From: the human T2T-CHM13v2.0 reference genome, Homo sapiens
Strand: one strand, 5' to 3'
Assembly: GCF_009914755.1 (NCBI RefSeq)
Contig: NC_060939.1
DNA: 64,000 nt
The notes under the pieces are model-generated. The model made no database searches. It was not told where the DNA came from and saw nothing but the letters and a program-made list of their open reading frames with translations. This document shows positions 12,701 through 27,100 of this stretch, piece after piece. Each line of letters begins with the position of its first letter. Within the stretch, counting starts at the first letter, position 1. The position numbers were made by a program, and so were the translations under genes.

Positions 12701-14520
12701 TTTGAGTCCATTCCCTTTGATTCCATAACATTTGAGTCCATTCAATTCCATTCCTTTCGTTTGCATTCCATTTGATGCCATTCCATTCAATTCTGTTCTA
12801 CTCGACTCCAATACATTCAATTCCATTCCATCCGATTCCATTACATTCTTTTCATTTCTTATCCATTTCAAGCCATTCCACTCCACTCCATTCCACTCGT
12901 TTCCTTTCCATTCGAGTCCATTCCTCTCCAGTCCATTCCGTTCAATCCATTCCATTCCAGTCCATTCCATTCGAGTCCGTTCCATTCCAGTCCATTCCAT
13001 TCGAGTCAATTCCATCCCATTCGATGTCTTTCCATAACGATCCATTCCATTCTATTCCTTTCGATTCCATTCCATTCTATTTCATTCCATTCGATTCCCT
13101 TCCATTGGACTCCTTTCCATTAGAGTGCATTCCATTCCGTTCCATTTCTTTCCGTTCTGTACGATTCCTACCGTTTGATTTCATTTTGTTCCAGTCCATT
13201 CCTTTCGCGTCCATTCCATTCCATTTCACTCCATTCGATTCCATTCCACTCGATTCCACTTCGTTCCATTTCATTGCATTCCATTCTATTCAACTCTATT
13301 GCCTTCCATTCTATTCCATTCGATTACATTCCATGCGATTCCATTCGAAATCGAATCAATTACATTGCAATCCATTACTATTGAGTCCGTTTTATTCCAG
13401 TCCACTGCATTCTGGTCCATTCCATTTGATTCCATTCCATTCTATTCCATTCCATACAGTTGCATTCATTTGGATTCCATGCTATATCTATAAATTCAAT
13501 TCGAGACCATTGCTTTTGAGTCCATTCTATATGATTCCATTCCATTCAAGTCCACTACATTTGGTTCAATTCCATTCCATTCCATTCCCTTCCATTCCAT
13601 TCCATTTGATATCAATCCATTCGATTCCATTCCATTCGAGCACATTCCATTCGAGTCCATTCCATTCGATGCCATTCCATTTGATTCTATTCCATTAGTC
13701 TCCATTCAATTCCATTAATCTCCATTCCATTCCATTCTACTCCAACTGATTCCATTCCATTCTATTCCTTTCCATTCCATTTCATTCCATTCCATTCCAT
13801 TTCATTCCATTCCATTCCATTCGTGTCCATTCCACTCCAGTCCATTCCATTCGTGTCCATTCCATTCCAGTCCATTCCATTTGTGTCCACTGCATTCCAT
13901 TCCACTCCATTCCATATTATTCCATTACACTCCATTCCATTCTATTACTTTCATTTCCATTCAATTCCATTCCATTTGATTCCATTCCACTCGGTTTCAT
14001 TCCATTTGAGTCCACTCCATTGCATTCCATTCCATTCCATTCAGTTCCATTCCATTCTGTTCCATTCCATTCCGTTCCATTGCATTCCATTCCATTCGGT
14101 ACCATTCCATATTGTTCCATTCGATTCCATTCGAATCCATTCCATTCCAGTCCATTCCATTCGATTCCATTCCATTCCTTTCAATTCCATTCCATTCCAT
14201 TCCATTCCACTTGATTCCACTCCATTCCCTTCCACTGCATTCCATTCGATTCCATTCCATTGCATTGCATTCCATTCCATTGGACTGCATTCCATTCGAT
14301 TCCATTCCATTCGAATCAATTACATAGCAATCCATTACATTCGAGTCTATTCTATTCCGTTCCATTCGATTTCGTTCCAATCCATTCGATTCCATTCCAT
14401 TCGATTCCATTCCATACTATTGCATTCCATTCTATTACATTATATTCGAATAAGTTCCATTCAAGACCATTTCTTTTGAGTCCATTCTATTTGAGTCCAT
14501 TCCCTTTGATTCCATAACAT
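3714..14520 (+). repeat. Left-domain 3-unit super-repeat (~5.4 kb x2): U3-U4-U5 / U6-U7-U8
   Basis: U4 and U7 share private variants (ttctttctgttc, cgttctattt, ccattaatattg, ctccaagtgatt, cattctcttcc, a 20-bp insertion). U5 and U8 share cgtttgcatt, ccactccactcc, taccgtttgatt. U3 and U6 share gtctccattctattcc. Offsets are 5405-5407 bp. Confidence 0.9.
6841..6860 (+). repeat. 20-bp insertion/duplication 'ctgttccgttccattccatt'
   Basis: Present only in U4 (6841-6860) and U7 (12248-12267), directly before the normal 'ctgttccatt'. Confidence 0.85.
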
Positions 14521-15010
14521 TTGAGTCCATTCAATTCCATTCCTTTCGTTTCCATTCCATTTGATGCCATTCCATTCAATTCTGTTCTACTCGACTCCAA
14601 TACATTCAATTCCATTCCATCCGATTCCATTACATTCTTTTCATTTCTTATCCATTTCAAGCCATTCCACTCCATTCCATTCCACTCGTTTCCTTTCCAT
14701 TCGAGTCCATTCCTCTCCAGTCCATTCCGTTCAATCCATTCCATTCCAGTCCATTCCATTCGAGTCCGTTCCATTCCAGTCCATTCCATTCGAGTCAATT
14801 CCATCCCATTCGATGTCTTTCCATAACGATCCATTCCATTCTATTCCTTTCGATTCCATTCCATTCTATTTCATTCCATTCGATTCCCTTCCATTGGACT
14901 CCTTTCCATTAGAGTGCATTCCATTCCGTTCCATTTCTTTCCGTTCTGTACGATTCCTACCGTTCGATTTCATTTTGTTCCAGTCCATTCCTTTCGCGTC
15001 CATTCCATTC

Positions 15011-15060
15011 CATTTCACTCCATTCGATTCCATTCCATCTCACTCCATTCGATTCCATTC
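15011..15060 (+). repeat. 25-bp tandem duplication (catttcactccattcgattccattc)x2
   Basis: Seen in U9 (second copy 'catctcactcc'), U10 (~16830), U11 (~18645), U14 (~24020) and U20 (~34715); not seen in the other units. Confidence 0.9.
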
Positions 15061-18000
15061 CACTCGATTCCACTTCGTTCCATTTCATTGCATTCCATTC
15101 TATTCAACTCTATTGCCTTCCATTCCATTCCATTCGATTACATTCCATGCGATTCCATTCGAAATCGAATCAATTACATTGCAATCCATAACTATTGAGT
15201 CCGTTTTATTCCAGTCCACTGCATTCTGGTCCATTCCATTTGATTCCATTCCATTCTATTCCATTCCATACAGTTGCATTCCATTGGATTCCATGCTATA
15301 TCTATAAATTCAATTCGAGACCATTGCTTTTGAGTCCATTCTATATGATTCCATTCCATTCAAGTCCATTACATTTGGTTCAATTCCATTCCATTCCATT
15401 CCCTTCCATTCCATTCCATTTGATATCAATCCATTCGATTCCATTCCATTCGAGCACATTCCATTCGAGTCCATTCCATTCGATGCCATTCCATTTGATT
15501 CTATTCCATTAGTCTCCATTCAATTCCATTAATCTCCATTCCATTCCATTCTACTCCAACTGATTCCATTCCATTCTATTCCTTTCTATTCCATTTCATT
15601 CCATTCCATTCCAATTCATTCCATTCCATTCCATTCGTGTCCATTCCACTCCAGTCCATTCCATTCGTGTCCATTCCATTCCAGTCCATTCCATTTGTGT
15701 CCACTGCATTCCATTCCACTCCATTCCATATTATTCCATTACACTCCATTCCATTCTATTACTTTCATTTCCATTCAATTCCATTCCATTTGATTCCATT
15801 CCACTCGGTTTCATTCCATTTGAGTCCACTCCATTCCATTCCATTCCATTCCATTCCATTCAGTTCCATTCCATTCTGTTCCATTCCATTCCGTTCCATT
15901 CCATTCCATTCCATTCGGTACCATTCCATATTGTTCCATTCGATTCCATTCGAATCCATTCCATTCCAGTCCATTCCATTCGATTCCATTCCATTCCTTT
16001 CAATTCCATTCCATTCCATTCCATTCCACTTGATTCCACTCCATTCCCTTCCACTGCATTCCATTCGATTCCATTCCATTGCATTGCATTCCATTCCATT
16101 GGACTGCATTCCATTCGATTCCATTCCATTCGAATCAATTACATAGCAATCCATTACATTCGAGTCTATTCTATTCCGTTCCATTCGATTTCGTTCCAAT
16201 CCATTCGATTCCATTCCATTCGATTCCATTCCATACTATTGCATTCCATTCGATTACATTATATTCGAATAAGTTCCATTCAAGACCATTTCTTTTGAGT
16301 CCATTCTATTTGAGTCCATTCCCTTTGATTCCATAACATTTGAGTCCATTCAATTCCATTCCTTTCGTTTCCATTCCATTTGATGCCATTCCATTCAATT
16401 CTGTTCTACTCGACTCCAATACATTCAATTCCATTCCATCCGATTCCATTACATTCTTTTCATTTCTTATCCATTTCAAGCCATTCCACTCCATTCCATT
16501 CCACTCGTTTCCTTTCCATTCGAGTCCATTCCTCTCCAGTCCATTCCGTTCAATCTATTCCATTCCAGTCCATTCCATTCGAGTCCGTTCCATTCCAGTC
16601 CATTCCATTCGAGTCAATTCCATCCCATTCGATGTCTTTCCATAACGATCCATTCCATTCTATTCCTTTCGATTCCATTCCATTCTATTTCATTCCATTC
16701 GATTCCCTTCCATTGGACTCCTTTCCATTCGAGTGCATTCCATTCCGTTACATTTCTTTCCGTTCTGTACGATTCCTACCGTTCGATTTCATTTTGTTCC
16801 AGTCCATTCCTTTCGCGTCCATTCCATTCCATTTCACTCCATTCGATTCCATTCCATTTCACTCCATTCGATTCCATTCCACTCGATTCCACTTCGTTCC
16901 ATTTCATTGCATTCCATTCTATTCAACTCTATTGCCTTCCATTCCATTCCATTCGATTACATTCCATGCGATTCCATTCGAAATCGAATCAATTACATTG
17001 CAATCCATAACTATTGAGTCCGTTTTATTCCAGTCCACTGCATTCTGGTCCATTCCATTTGATTCCATTCCATTCTATTCCATTCCATACAGTTGCATTC
17101 CATTGGATTCCATGCTATATCTATAAATTCAATTCGAGACCATTGCTTTTGAGTCCATTCTATATGATTCCATTCCATTCAAGTCCATTACATTTGGTTC
17201 AATTCCATTCCATTCCATTCCCTTCCATTCCATTCCATTTGATATCAATCCATTCGATTCCATTCCATTCGAGCACATTCCATTCGAGTCCATTCCATTC
17301 GATGCCATTCCATTTGATTCTATTCCATTAGTCTCCATTCTATTCCATTAATCTCCATTCCATTCCATTCTACTCCAACTGATTCCATTCCATTCTATTC
17401 CTTTCCATTCCATTTCATTCCATTCCATTCCATTTCATTCCATTCCATTCCATTCGTGTCCATTCCACTCCAGTCCATTCCATTCGTGTCCATTCCATTC
17501 CAGTCCATTCCATTTGTGTCCACTGCATTCCATTCCACTCCATTCCATATTATTCCATTACACTCCATTCCATTCTATTACTTTCATTTCCATTCAATTC
17601 CATTCCATTTGATTCCATTCCACTCGGTTTCATTCCATTTGAGTCCACTCCATTCCATTCCATTCCATTCCATTCAGTTCCATTCCATTCTGTTCCATTC
17701 CATTCCGTTCCATTCCATTCCATTCCATTCGGTACCATTCCATATTGTTCCATTCGATTCCATTCGAATCCATTCCATTCCAGTCCATTCCATTCGATTC
17801 CATTCCATTCCTTTCAATTCCATTCCATTCCATTCCATTCCACTTGATTCCACTCCATTCCCTTCCACTGCATTCCATTCGATTCCATTCCATTGCATTG
17901 CATTCCATTCCATTGGACTGCATTCCATTCGATTCCATTCCATTCGAATCAATTACATAGCAATCCATTACATTCGAGTCTATTCTATTCCGTTCCATTC

Positions 18001-18153
18001 GATTTCGTTCCAATCCATTCGATTCCATTCCATTCGATTCCATTCCATACTATTGCATTCCATTCGATTACATTATATTCGAATAAGTTCCATTCAAGAC
18101 CATTTCTTTTGAGTCCATTCTATTTGAGTCCATTCCCTTTGATTCCATAACAT

Positions 18154-21100
18154 TTGAGTCCATTCAATTCCATTCCTTTCGTTTCCATTCCATTTGATGC
18201 CATTCCATTCAATTCTGTTCTACTCGACTCCAATACATTCAATTCCATTCCATCCGATTCCATTACATTCTTTTCATTTCTTATCCATTTCAAGCCATTC
18301 CACTCCATTCCATTCCACTCGTTTCCTTTCCATTCGAGTCCATTCCTCTCCAGTCCATTCCGTTCAATCTATTCCATTCCAGTCCATTCCATTCGAGTCC
18401 GTTCCATTCCAGTCCATTCCATTCGAGTCAATTCCATCCCATTCGATGTCTTTCCATAACGATCCATTCCATTCTATTCCTTTCGATTCCATTCCATTCT
18501 ATTTCATTCCATTCGATTCCCTTCCATTGGACTCCTTTCCATTCGAGTGCATTCCATTCCGTTACATTTCTTTCCGTTCTGTACGATTCCTACCGTTCGA
18601 TTTCATTTTGTTCCAGTCCATTCCTTTCGCGTCCATTCCATTCCATTTCACTCCATTCGATTCCATTCCATTTCACTCCATTCGATTCCATTCCACTCGA
18701 TTCCACTTCGTTCCATTTCATTGCATTCCATTCTATTCAACTCTATTGCCTTCCATTCCATTCCATTCGATTACATTCCATGCGATTCCATTCGAAATCG
18801 AATCAATTACATTGCAATCCATAACTATTGAGTCCGTTTTATTCCAGTCCACTGCATTCTGGTCCATTCCATTTGATTCCATTCCATTCTATTCCATTCC
18901 ATACAGTTGCATTCCATTGGATTCCATGCTATATCTATAAATTCAATTCGAGACCATTGCTTTTGAGTCCATTCTATATGATTCCATTCCATTCAAGTCC
19001 ATTACATTTGGTTCAATTCCATTCCATTCCATTCCCTTCCATTCCATTCCATTTGATATCAATCCATTCGATTCCATTCCATTCGAGCACATTCCATTCG
19101 AGTCCATTCCATTCGATGCCATTCCATTTGATTCTATTCCATTAGTCTCCATTCTATTCCATTAATCTCCATTCCATTCCATTCTACTCCAACTGATTCC
19201 ATTCCATTCTATTCCTTTCCATTCCATTTCATTCCATTCCATTCCATTTCATTCCATTCCATTCCATTCGTGTCCATTCCACTCCAGTCCATTCCATTCG
19301 TGTCCATTCCATTCCAGTCCATTCCATTTGTGTCCACTGCATTCCATTCCACTCCATTCCATATTATTCCATTACACTCCATTCCATTCTATTACTTTCA
19401 TTTCCATTCAATTCCATTCCATTTGATTCCATTCCACTCGGTTTCATTCCATTTGAGTCCACTCCATTCCATTCCATTCCATTCCATTCAGTTCCATTCC
19501 ATTCTGTTCCATTCCATTCCGTTCCATTCCATTCCATTCCATTCGGTACCATTCCATATTGTTCCATTCGATTCCATTCGAATCCATTCCATTCCAGTCC
19601 ATTCCATTCGATTCCATTCCATTCATTTCAATTCCATTCCATTCCATTCCATTCCATTCCACTTGATTCCTCTCCATTCCCTTCCACTGCATTCCGTTCG
19701 ATTCCATTCCATTGCATTGCATTCCATTCCATTGGATTGCATTCCATTCGATTCCATTCCATTCGAATCAATTACATAGCAATCCATTGCATTCGAGTCT
19801 ATTCTATTCCGTTCCATTCGATTTCGTTCCAATCCATTCGATTCCATTCCATTCGATTCCATTCCATACTATTGCATTCCATTCGATTACATTATATTCG
19901 AATAAGTTCCATTCAAGACCATTTCTTTTGAGTCCATTCTATTTGAGTCCATTCCCTTTGATTCCATAACATTTGAGTCCATTCAATTCCATTCCTTTCG
20001 TTTCCATTCCATTTGATGCCATTCCATTCAATTCTGTTCTACTCGACTCCAATACATTCAATTCCATTCCATCCGATTCCATTACATTCTTTTCATTTCT
20101 TATCCATTTCAAGCCATTCCTCTCCATTCCATTCCACTCGTTTCCTTTCCATTCGAGTCCATTCCTCTCCAGTCCATTCCGTTCAATCCATTCCATTCCA
20201 GTCCATTCCATTCGAGTCCGTTCCATTCCAGTCCATTCCATTCGAGTCAATTCCATTCCATTCGATGTCTTTCCATAACGATCCATTCCATTCTATTCCT
20301 TTCGATTCCATTCCATTCTATTTCATTCCATTCGATTCCCTTCCATTGGACTCCTTTCCATTCGAGTGCATTCCATTCCTTTCCATTTCTTTCCGTTCTG
20401 TACGATTCCTACCGTTCGATTTCATTTTGTTCCAGTCCATTCCTTTCGCGTCCATTCCATTCCATTTCACTCCATTCGATTCCATTCCACTCGATTCCAC
20501 TTCGTTCCATTTCATTGCATTCCATTCTATTCAACTCTATTGCCTTCCATTCCATTCCATTCGATTACATTCCATGAGATTCCATTCGAAATCGAATCAA
20601 TTACATTGCAATCCATTACTATTGAGTCCGTTTTATTCCAGTCCACTGCATTCTGGTCCATTCCATTTGATTCCATTCCATTCTATTCCATTCCATACAG
20701 TTGCATTCCATTGGATTCCATGCTATATCTATAAATTCAATTCGAGACCATTGCTTTTGAGTCCATTCTATATGATTCCATTCCATTCAAGTCCATTACA
20801 TTTGGTTCAATTCCATTCCATTCCATTCCCTTCCATTCCATTCCAGTTGATATCAATCCATTCGATTCCATTCCATTCGAGCACATTCCATTCGAGTCCA
20901 TTCCATTCGATGCCATTCCATTTGATTCTATTCCATTAGTCTCCATTCAATTCCATTAATCTCCATTCCATTCCATTCTACTCCAACTGATTCCATTTCA
21001 TTATATTCCTTTCCATTCCATTTCATTCCATTCCATTCCATTTCATTCCATTCCATTCCATTCGTGTCCATTCCACTCCAGTCCATTCCATTCGTGTCCA

Positions 21101-24100
21101 TTCCATTCCAGTCCATTCCATTTGTGTCCCCTGCATTCCATTAAACTCCATTCCATATTATTCCATTACACTCCATTCAATTCTATTACTTTCATTTCCA
21201 TTCAATTCCATTCCATTTGATTCCATTCCACTCGGTTTCATTCCATTTGAGTCCACTCCATTCCATTCCATTCCATTCCATTCCATTCAGTTCCATTCCA
21301 TTCTATTCCATTCCATTCCGTTCCATTACATTCCATTCCATTCGGTACCATTCCATATTGTTCCATTCGATTCCATTCGAATCCATTCCATTCCAGTCCA
21401 TTCCATTCGATTCCATTCCATTCATTTGAATTCCATTCCATTCCATTCCATTACATTCCACTTGATTCCTCTCCATTCCCTTCCACTGCATTCCGTTCGA
21501 TTCCATTCCATTGCATTGCATTCCATTCCATTGGATTGCATTCCATTCGATTCCATTCCATTCGAATCAATTACATAGCAATCCATTACATTCGAGTCTA
21601 TTCTATTCCGTTCCATTCGATTTCGTTCCAATCCATTCGATTCCATTCCATTCGATTCCATTCCATACTATTGCATTCCATTCTATTACATTATATTCGA
21701 ATAAGTTCCATTCAAGACCATTTCTTTTGAGTCCATTCTATTTGAGTCCATTCCCTTTGATTCCATAACATTTGAGTCCATTCAATTCCATTCCTTTCGT
21801 TTCCATTCCATTTGATGCCATTCCATTCAATTCTGTTCTACTCGACTCCAATACATTCAATTCCATTCCATCCGATTCCATTACATTCTTTTCATTTCTT
21901 ATCCATTTCAAGCCATTCCACTCCATTCCATTCCACTCGTTTCCTTTCCATTCGAGTCCATTCCTCTCCAGTCCATTCCGTTCAATCCATTCCATTCCAG
22001 TCCATTCCATTCGTGTCCGTTCCATTCCAGTCCATTCCATTCGAGTCAATTCCATTCCATTCGATGTCTTTCCATAACGATCCATTCCATTCTATTCCTT
22101 TCGATTCCATTCCATTCTATTTCATTCCATTCGATTCCCTTCCATTGGACTCCTTTCCATTCGAGTGCATTCCATTCCGTTCCATTTCTTTCCGTTCTGT
22201 ACGATTCCTACCGTTCGATTTCATTTTGTTCCAGTCCATTCCTTTCGCGTCCATTCCATTCCATTTCACTCCATTCGATTCCATTCCACTCGATTCCACT
22301 TCGTTCCATTTCATTGCATTCCATTCTATTCAACTCTATTGCCTTCCATTCCATTCCATTCGATTACATTCCATGCGATTCCATTCGAAATCGAATCAAT
22401 TACATTACAATCCATTACTATTGTGTCCGTTTTATTCCAATCCACTGCATTCTGGTCCATTCCATTTGATTCCCTTCCATTTTATTCCATTCCATACAGT
22501 TGCATTCCATTGGATTCCATGCTATATCTATAAATTCAATTCGAGACCATTGCTTTTGATTCCATTCTATATGTTTCCATTCCATTCAAGTCCATTACAT
22601 TTGGTCCAATTCCATTCCATTCCATTCCCTTCCATTCCATTCCAGTTGATATCAATCCATTCGATTCCATTCCATTCGAGCACATTCCATTCGAGTCCAT
22701 TCCATTCGATGCCATTCCATTTGATTCTATTCCATTAGTCTCCATTCAATTCCATTAATCTCCATTCCATTCCATTCTACTCCAACTGATTCCATTCCAT
22801 TCTATTCCTTTCCATTCCATTTCATTCCATTCCATTCCATTCGCTTCCATTCCATTCGTGTCCATTCCACTCCAGTCGATTCCATTTGTGTCCACTGCAT
22901 TCCATTCCACTCCATTCCATATTATTCCATTACACTCCATTCCATTCTATTACTTTCATTTCCATTCAATTCCATTCCATTTGATTCCATTCCACTCGGT
23001 TTCATTCCATTTGAGTCCACTCCATTCCATTCCATTCCATTCCATTCCATTCAGTTCCATTCCATTCTGTTCCATTCCATTCCGTTCCATTGCATTCCAT
23101 TCCATTCGGTACCATTCCATATTGTTCCATTCGATTCCATTCGAATCCATTCCATTCCAGTCCATTCCATTCGATTCCATTCCATTCCTTTCAATTCCAT
23201 TCCATTCCATTCCATTCCACTTGATTCCACTCCATTCCCTTCCACTGCATTCCATTCGATTCCATTCCATTGCATTGCATTCCATTCCATTGGACTGCAT
23301 TCCATTCGATTCCATTCCATTCGAATCAATTACATAGCAATCCATTACATTCGAGTCTATTCTATTCCGTTCCATTCGATTTCGTTCCAATCCATTCGAT
23401 TCCATTCCATTCGATTCCATTCCATACTATTGCATTCCATTCGATTACATTATATTCGAATAAGTTCCATTCAAGACCATTTCTTTTGAGTCCATTCTAT
23501 TTGAGTCCATTCCCTTTGATTCCATAACATTTGAGTCCATTCAATTCCATTCCTTTCGTTTCCATTCCATTTGATGCCATTCCATTCAATTCTGTTCTAC
23601 TCGACTCCAATACATTCAATTCCATTCCATCCGATTCCATTACATTCTTTTCATTTCTTATCCATTTCAAGCCATTCCACTCCATTCCATTCCACTCGTT
23701 TCCTTTCCATTCGAGTCCATTCCTCTCCAGTCCATTCCGTTCAATCTATTCCATTCCAGTCCATTCCATTCGAGTCCGTTCCATTCCAGTCCATTCCATT
23801 CGAGTCAATTCCATCCCATTCGATGTCTTTCCATAACGATCCATTCCATTCTATTCCTTTCGATTCCATTCCATTCTATTTCATTCCATTCGATTCCCTT
23901 CCATTGGACTCCTTTCCATTCGAGTGCATTCCATTCCGTTACATTTCTTTCCGTTCTGTACGATTCCTACCGTTCGATTTCATTTTGTTCCAGTCCATTC
24001 CTTTCGCGTCCATTCCATTCCATTTCACTCCATTCGATTCCATTCCATTTCACTCCATTCGATTCCATTCCACTCGATTCCACTTCGTTCCATTTCATTG

Positions 24101-27100
24101 CATTCCATTCTATTCAACTCTATTGCCTTCCATTCCATTCCATTCGATTACATTCCATGCGATTCCATTCGAAATCGAATCAATTACATTGCAATCCATA
24201 ACTATTGAGTCCGTTTTATTCCAGTCCACTGCATTCTGGTCCATTCCATTTGATTCCATTCCATTCTATTCCATTCCATACAGTTGCATTCCATTGGATT
24301 CCATGCTATATCTATAAATTCAATTCGAGACCATTGCTTTTGAGTCCATTCTATATGATTCCATTCCATTCAAGTCCATTACATTTGGTTCAATTCCATT
24401 CCATTCCATTCCCTTCCATTCCATTCCATTTGATATCAATCCATTCGATTCCATTCCATTCGAGCACATTCCATTCGAGTCCATTCCATTCGATGCCATT
24501 CCATTTGATTCTATTCCATTAGTCTCCATTCTATTCCATTAATCTCCATTCCATTCCATTCTACTCCAACTGATTCCATTCCATTCTATTCCTTTCCATT
24601 CCATTTCATTCCATTCCATTCCATTTCATTCCATTCCATTCCATTCGTGTCCATTCCACTCCAGTCCATTCCATTCGTGTCCATTCCATTCCAGTCCATT
24701 CCATTTGTGTCCACTGCATTCCATTCCACTCCATTCCATATTATTCCATTACACTCCATTCCATTCTATTACTTTCATTTCCATTCAATTCCATTCCATT
24801 TGATTCCATTCCACTCGGTTTCATTCCATTTGAGTCCACTCCATTCCATTCCATTCCATTCCATTCAGTTCCATTCCATTCTGTTCCATTCCATTCCGTT
24901 CCATTCCATTCCATTCCATTCGGTACCATTCCATATTGTTCCATTCGATTCCATTCGAATCCATTCCATTCTAGTCCATTCCATTCGATTCCATTCCATT
25001 CATTTCAATTCCATTCCATTCCATTCCATTACATTCCACTTGATTCCTCTCCATTCCCTTCCACTGCATTCCGTTCGATTCCATTCCATTGCATTGCATT
25101 CCATTCCATTGGATTGCATTCCATTCGATTCCATTCCATTCGAATCAATTACATAGCAATCCATTGCATTCGAGTCTATTCTATTCCGTTCCATTCGATT
25201 TCGTTCCAATCCATTCGATTCCATTCCATTCGATTCCATTCCATACTATTGCATTCCATTCGATTACATTATATTCGAATAAGTTCCATTCAAGACCATT
25301 TCTTTTGAGTCCATTCTATTTGAGTCCATTCCCTTTGATTCCATAACATTTGAGTCCATTCAATTCCATTCCTTTCGTTTCCATTCCATTTGATGCCATT
25401 CCATTCAATTCTGTTCTACTCGACTCCAATACATTCAATTCCATTCCATCCGATTCCATTACATTCTTTTCATTTCTTATCCATTTCAAGCCATTCCTCT
25501 CCATTCCATTCCACTCGTTTCCTTTCCATTCGAGTCCATTCCTCTCCAGTCCATTCCGTTCAATCCATTCCATTCCAGTCCATTCCATTCGAGTCCGTTC
25601 CATTCCAGTCCATTCCATTCGAGTCAATTCCATTCCATTCGATGTCTTTCCATAACGATCCATTCCATTCTATTCCTTTCGATTCCATTCCATTCTATTT
25701 CATTCCATTCGATTCCCTTCCATTGGACTCCTTTCCATTCGAGTGCATTCCATTCCTTTCCATTTCTTTCCGTTCTGTACGATTCCTACCGTTCGATTTC
25801 ATTTTGTTCCAGTCCATTCCTTTCGCGTCCATTCCATTCCATTTCACTCCATTCGATTCCATTCCACTCGATTCCACTTCGTTCCATTTCATTGCATTCC
25901 ATTCTATTCAACTCTATTGCCTTCCATTCCATTCCATTCGATTACATTCCATGAGATTCCATTCGAAATCGAATCAATTACATTGCAATCCATTACTATT
26001 GAGTCCGTTTTATTCCAGTCCACTGCATTCTGGTCCATTCCATTTGATTCCATTCCATTCTATTCCATTCCATACAGTTGCATTCCATTGGATTCCATGC
26101 TATATCTATAAATTCAATTCGAGACCATTGCTTTTGAGTCCATTCTATATGATTCCATTCCATTCAAGTCCATTACATTTGGTTCAATTCCATTCCATTC
26201 CATTCCCTTCCATTCCATTCCAGTTGATATCAATCCATTCGATTCCATTCCATTCGAGCACATTCCATTCGAGTCCATTCCATTCGATGCCATTCCATTT
26301 GATTCTATTCCATTAGTCTCCATTCAATTCCATTAATCTCCATTCCATTCCATTCTACTCCAACTGATTCCATTTCATTATATTCCTTTCCATTCCATTT
26401 CATTCCATTCCATTCCATTTCATTCCATTCCATTCCATTCGTGTCCATTCCACTCCAGTCCATTCCATTCGTGTCCATTCCATTCCAGTCCATTCCATTT
26501 GTGTCCCCTGCATTCCATTAAACTCCATTCCATATTATTCCATTACACTCCATTCAATTCTATTACTTTCATTTCCATTCAATTCCATTCCATTTGATTC
26601 CATTCCACTCGGTTTCATTCCATTTGAGTCCACTCCATTCCATTCCATTCCATTCCATTTCATTCAGTTCCATTCCATTCTATTCCATTCCATTCCGTTC
26701 CATTACATTCCATTCCATTCGGTACCATTCCATATTGTTCCATTCGATTCCATTCGAATCCATTCCATTCCAGTCCATTCCATTCGATTCCATTCCATTC
26801 ATTTGAATTCCATTCCATTCCATTCCATTACATTCCACTTGATTCCTCTCCATTCCCTTCCACTGCATTCCGTTCGATTCCATTCCATTGCATTGCATTC
26901 CATTCCATTGGATTGCATTCCATTCGATTCCATTCCATTCGAATCAATTACATAGCAATCCATTACATTCGAGTCTATTCTATTCCGTTCCATTCGATTT
27001 CGTTCCAATCCATTCGATTCCATTCCATTCGATTCCATTCCATACTATTGCATTCCATTCTATTACATTATATTCGAATAAGTTCCATTCAAGACCATTT

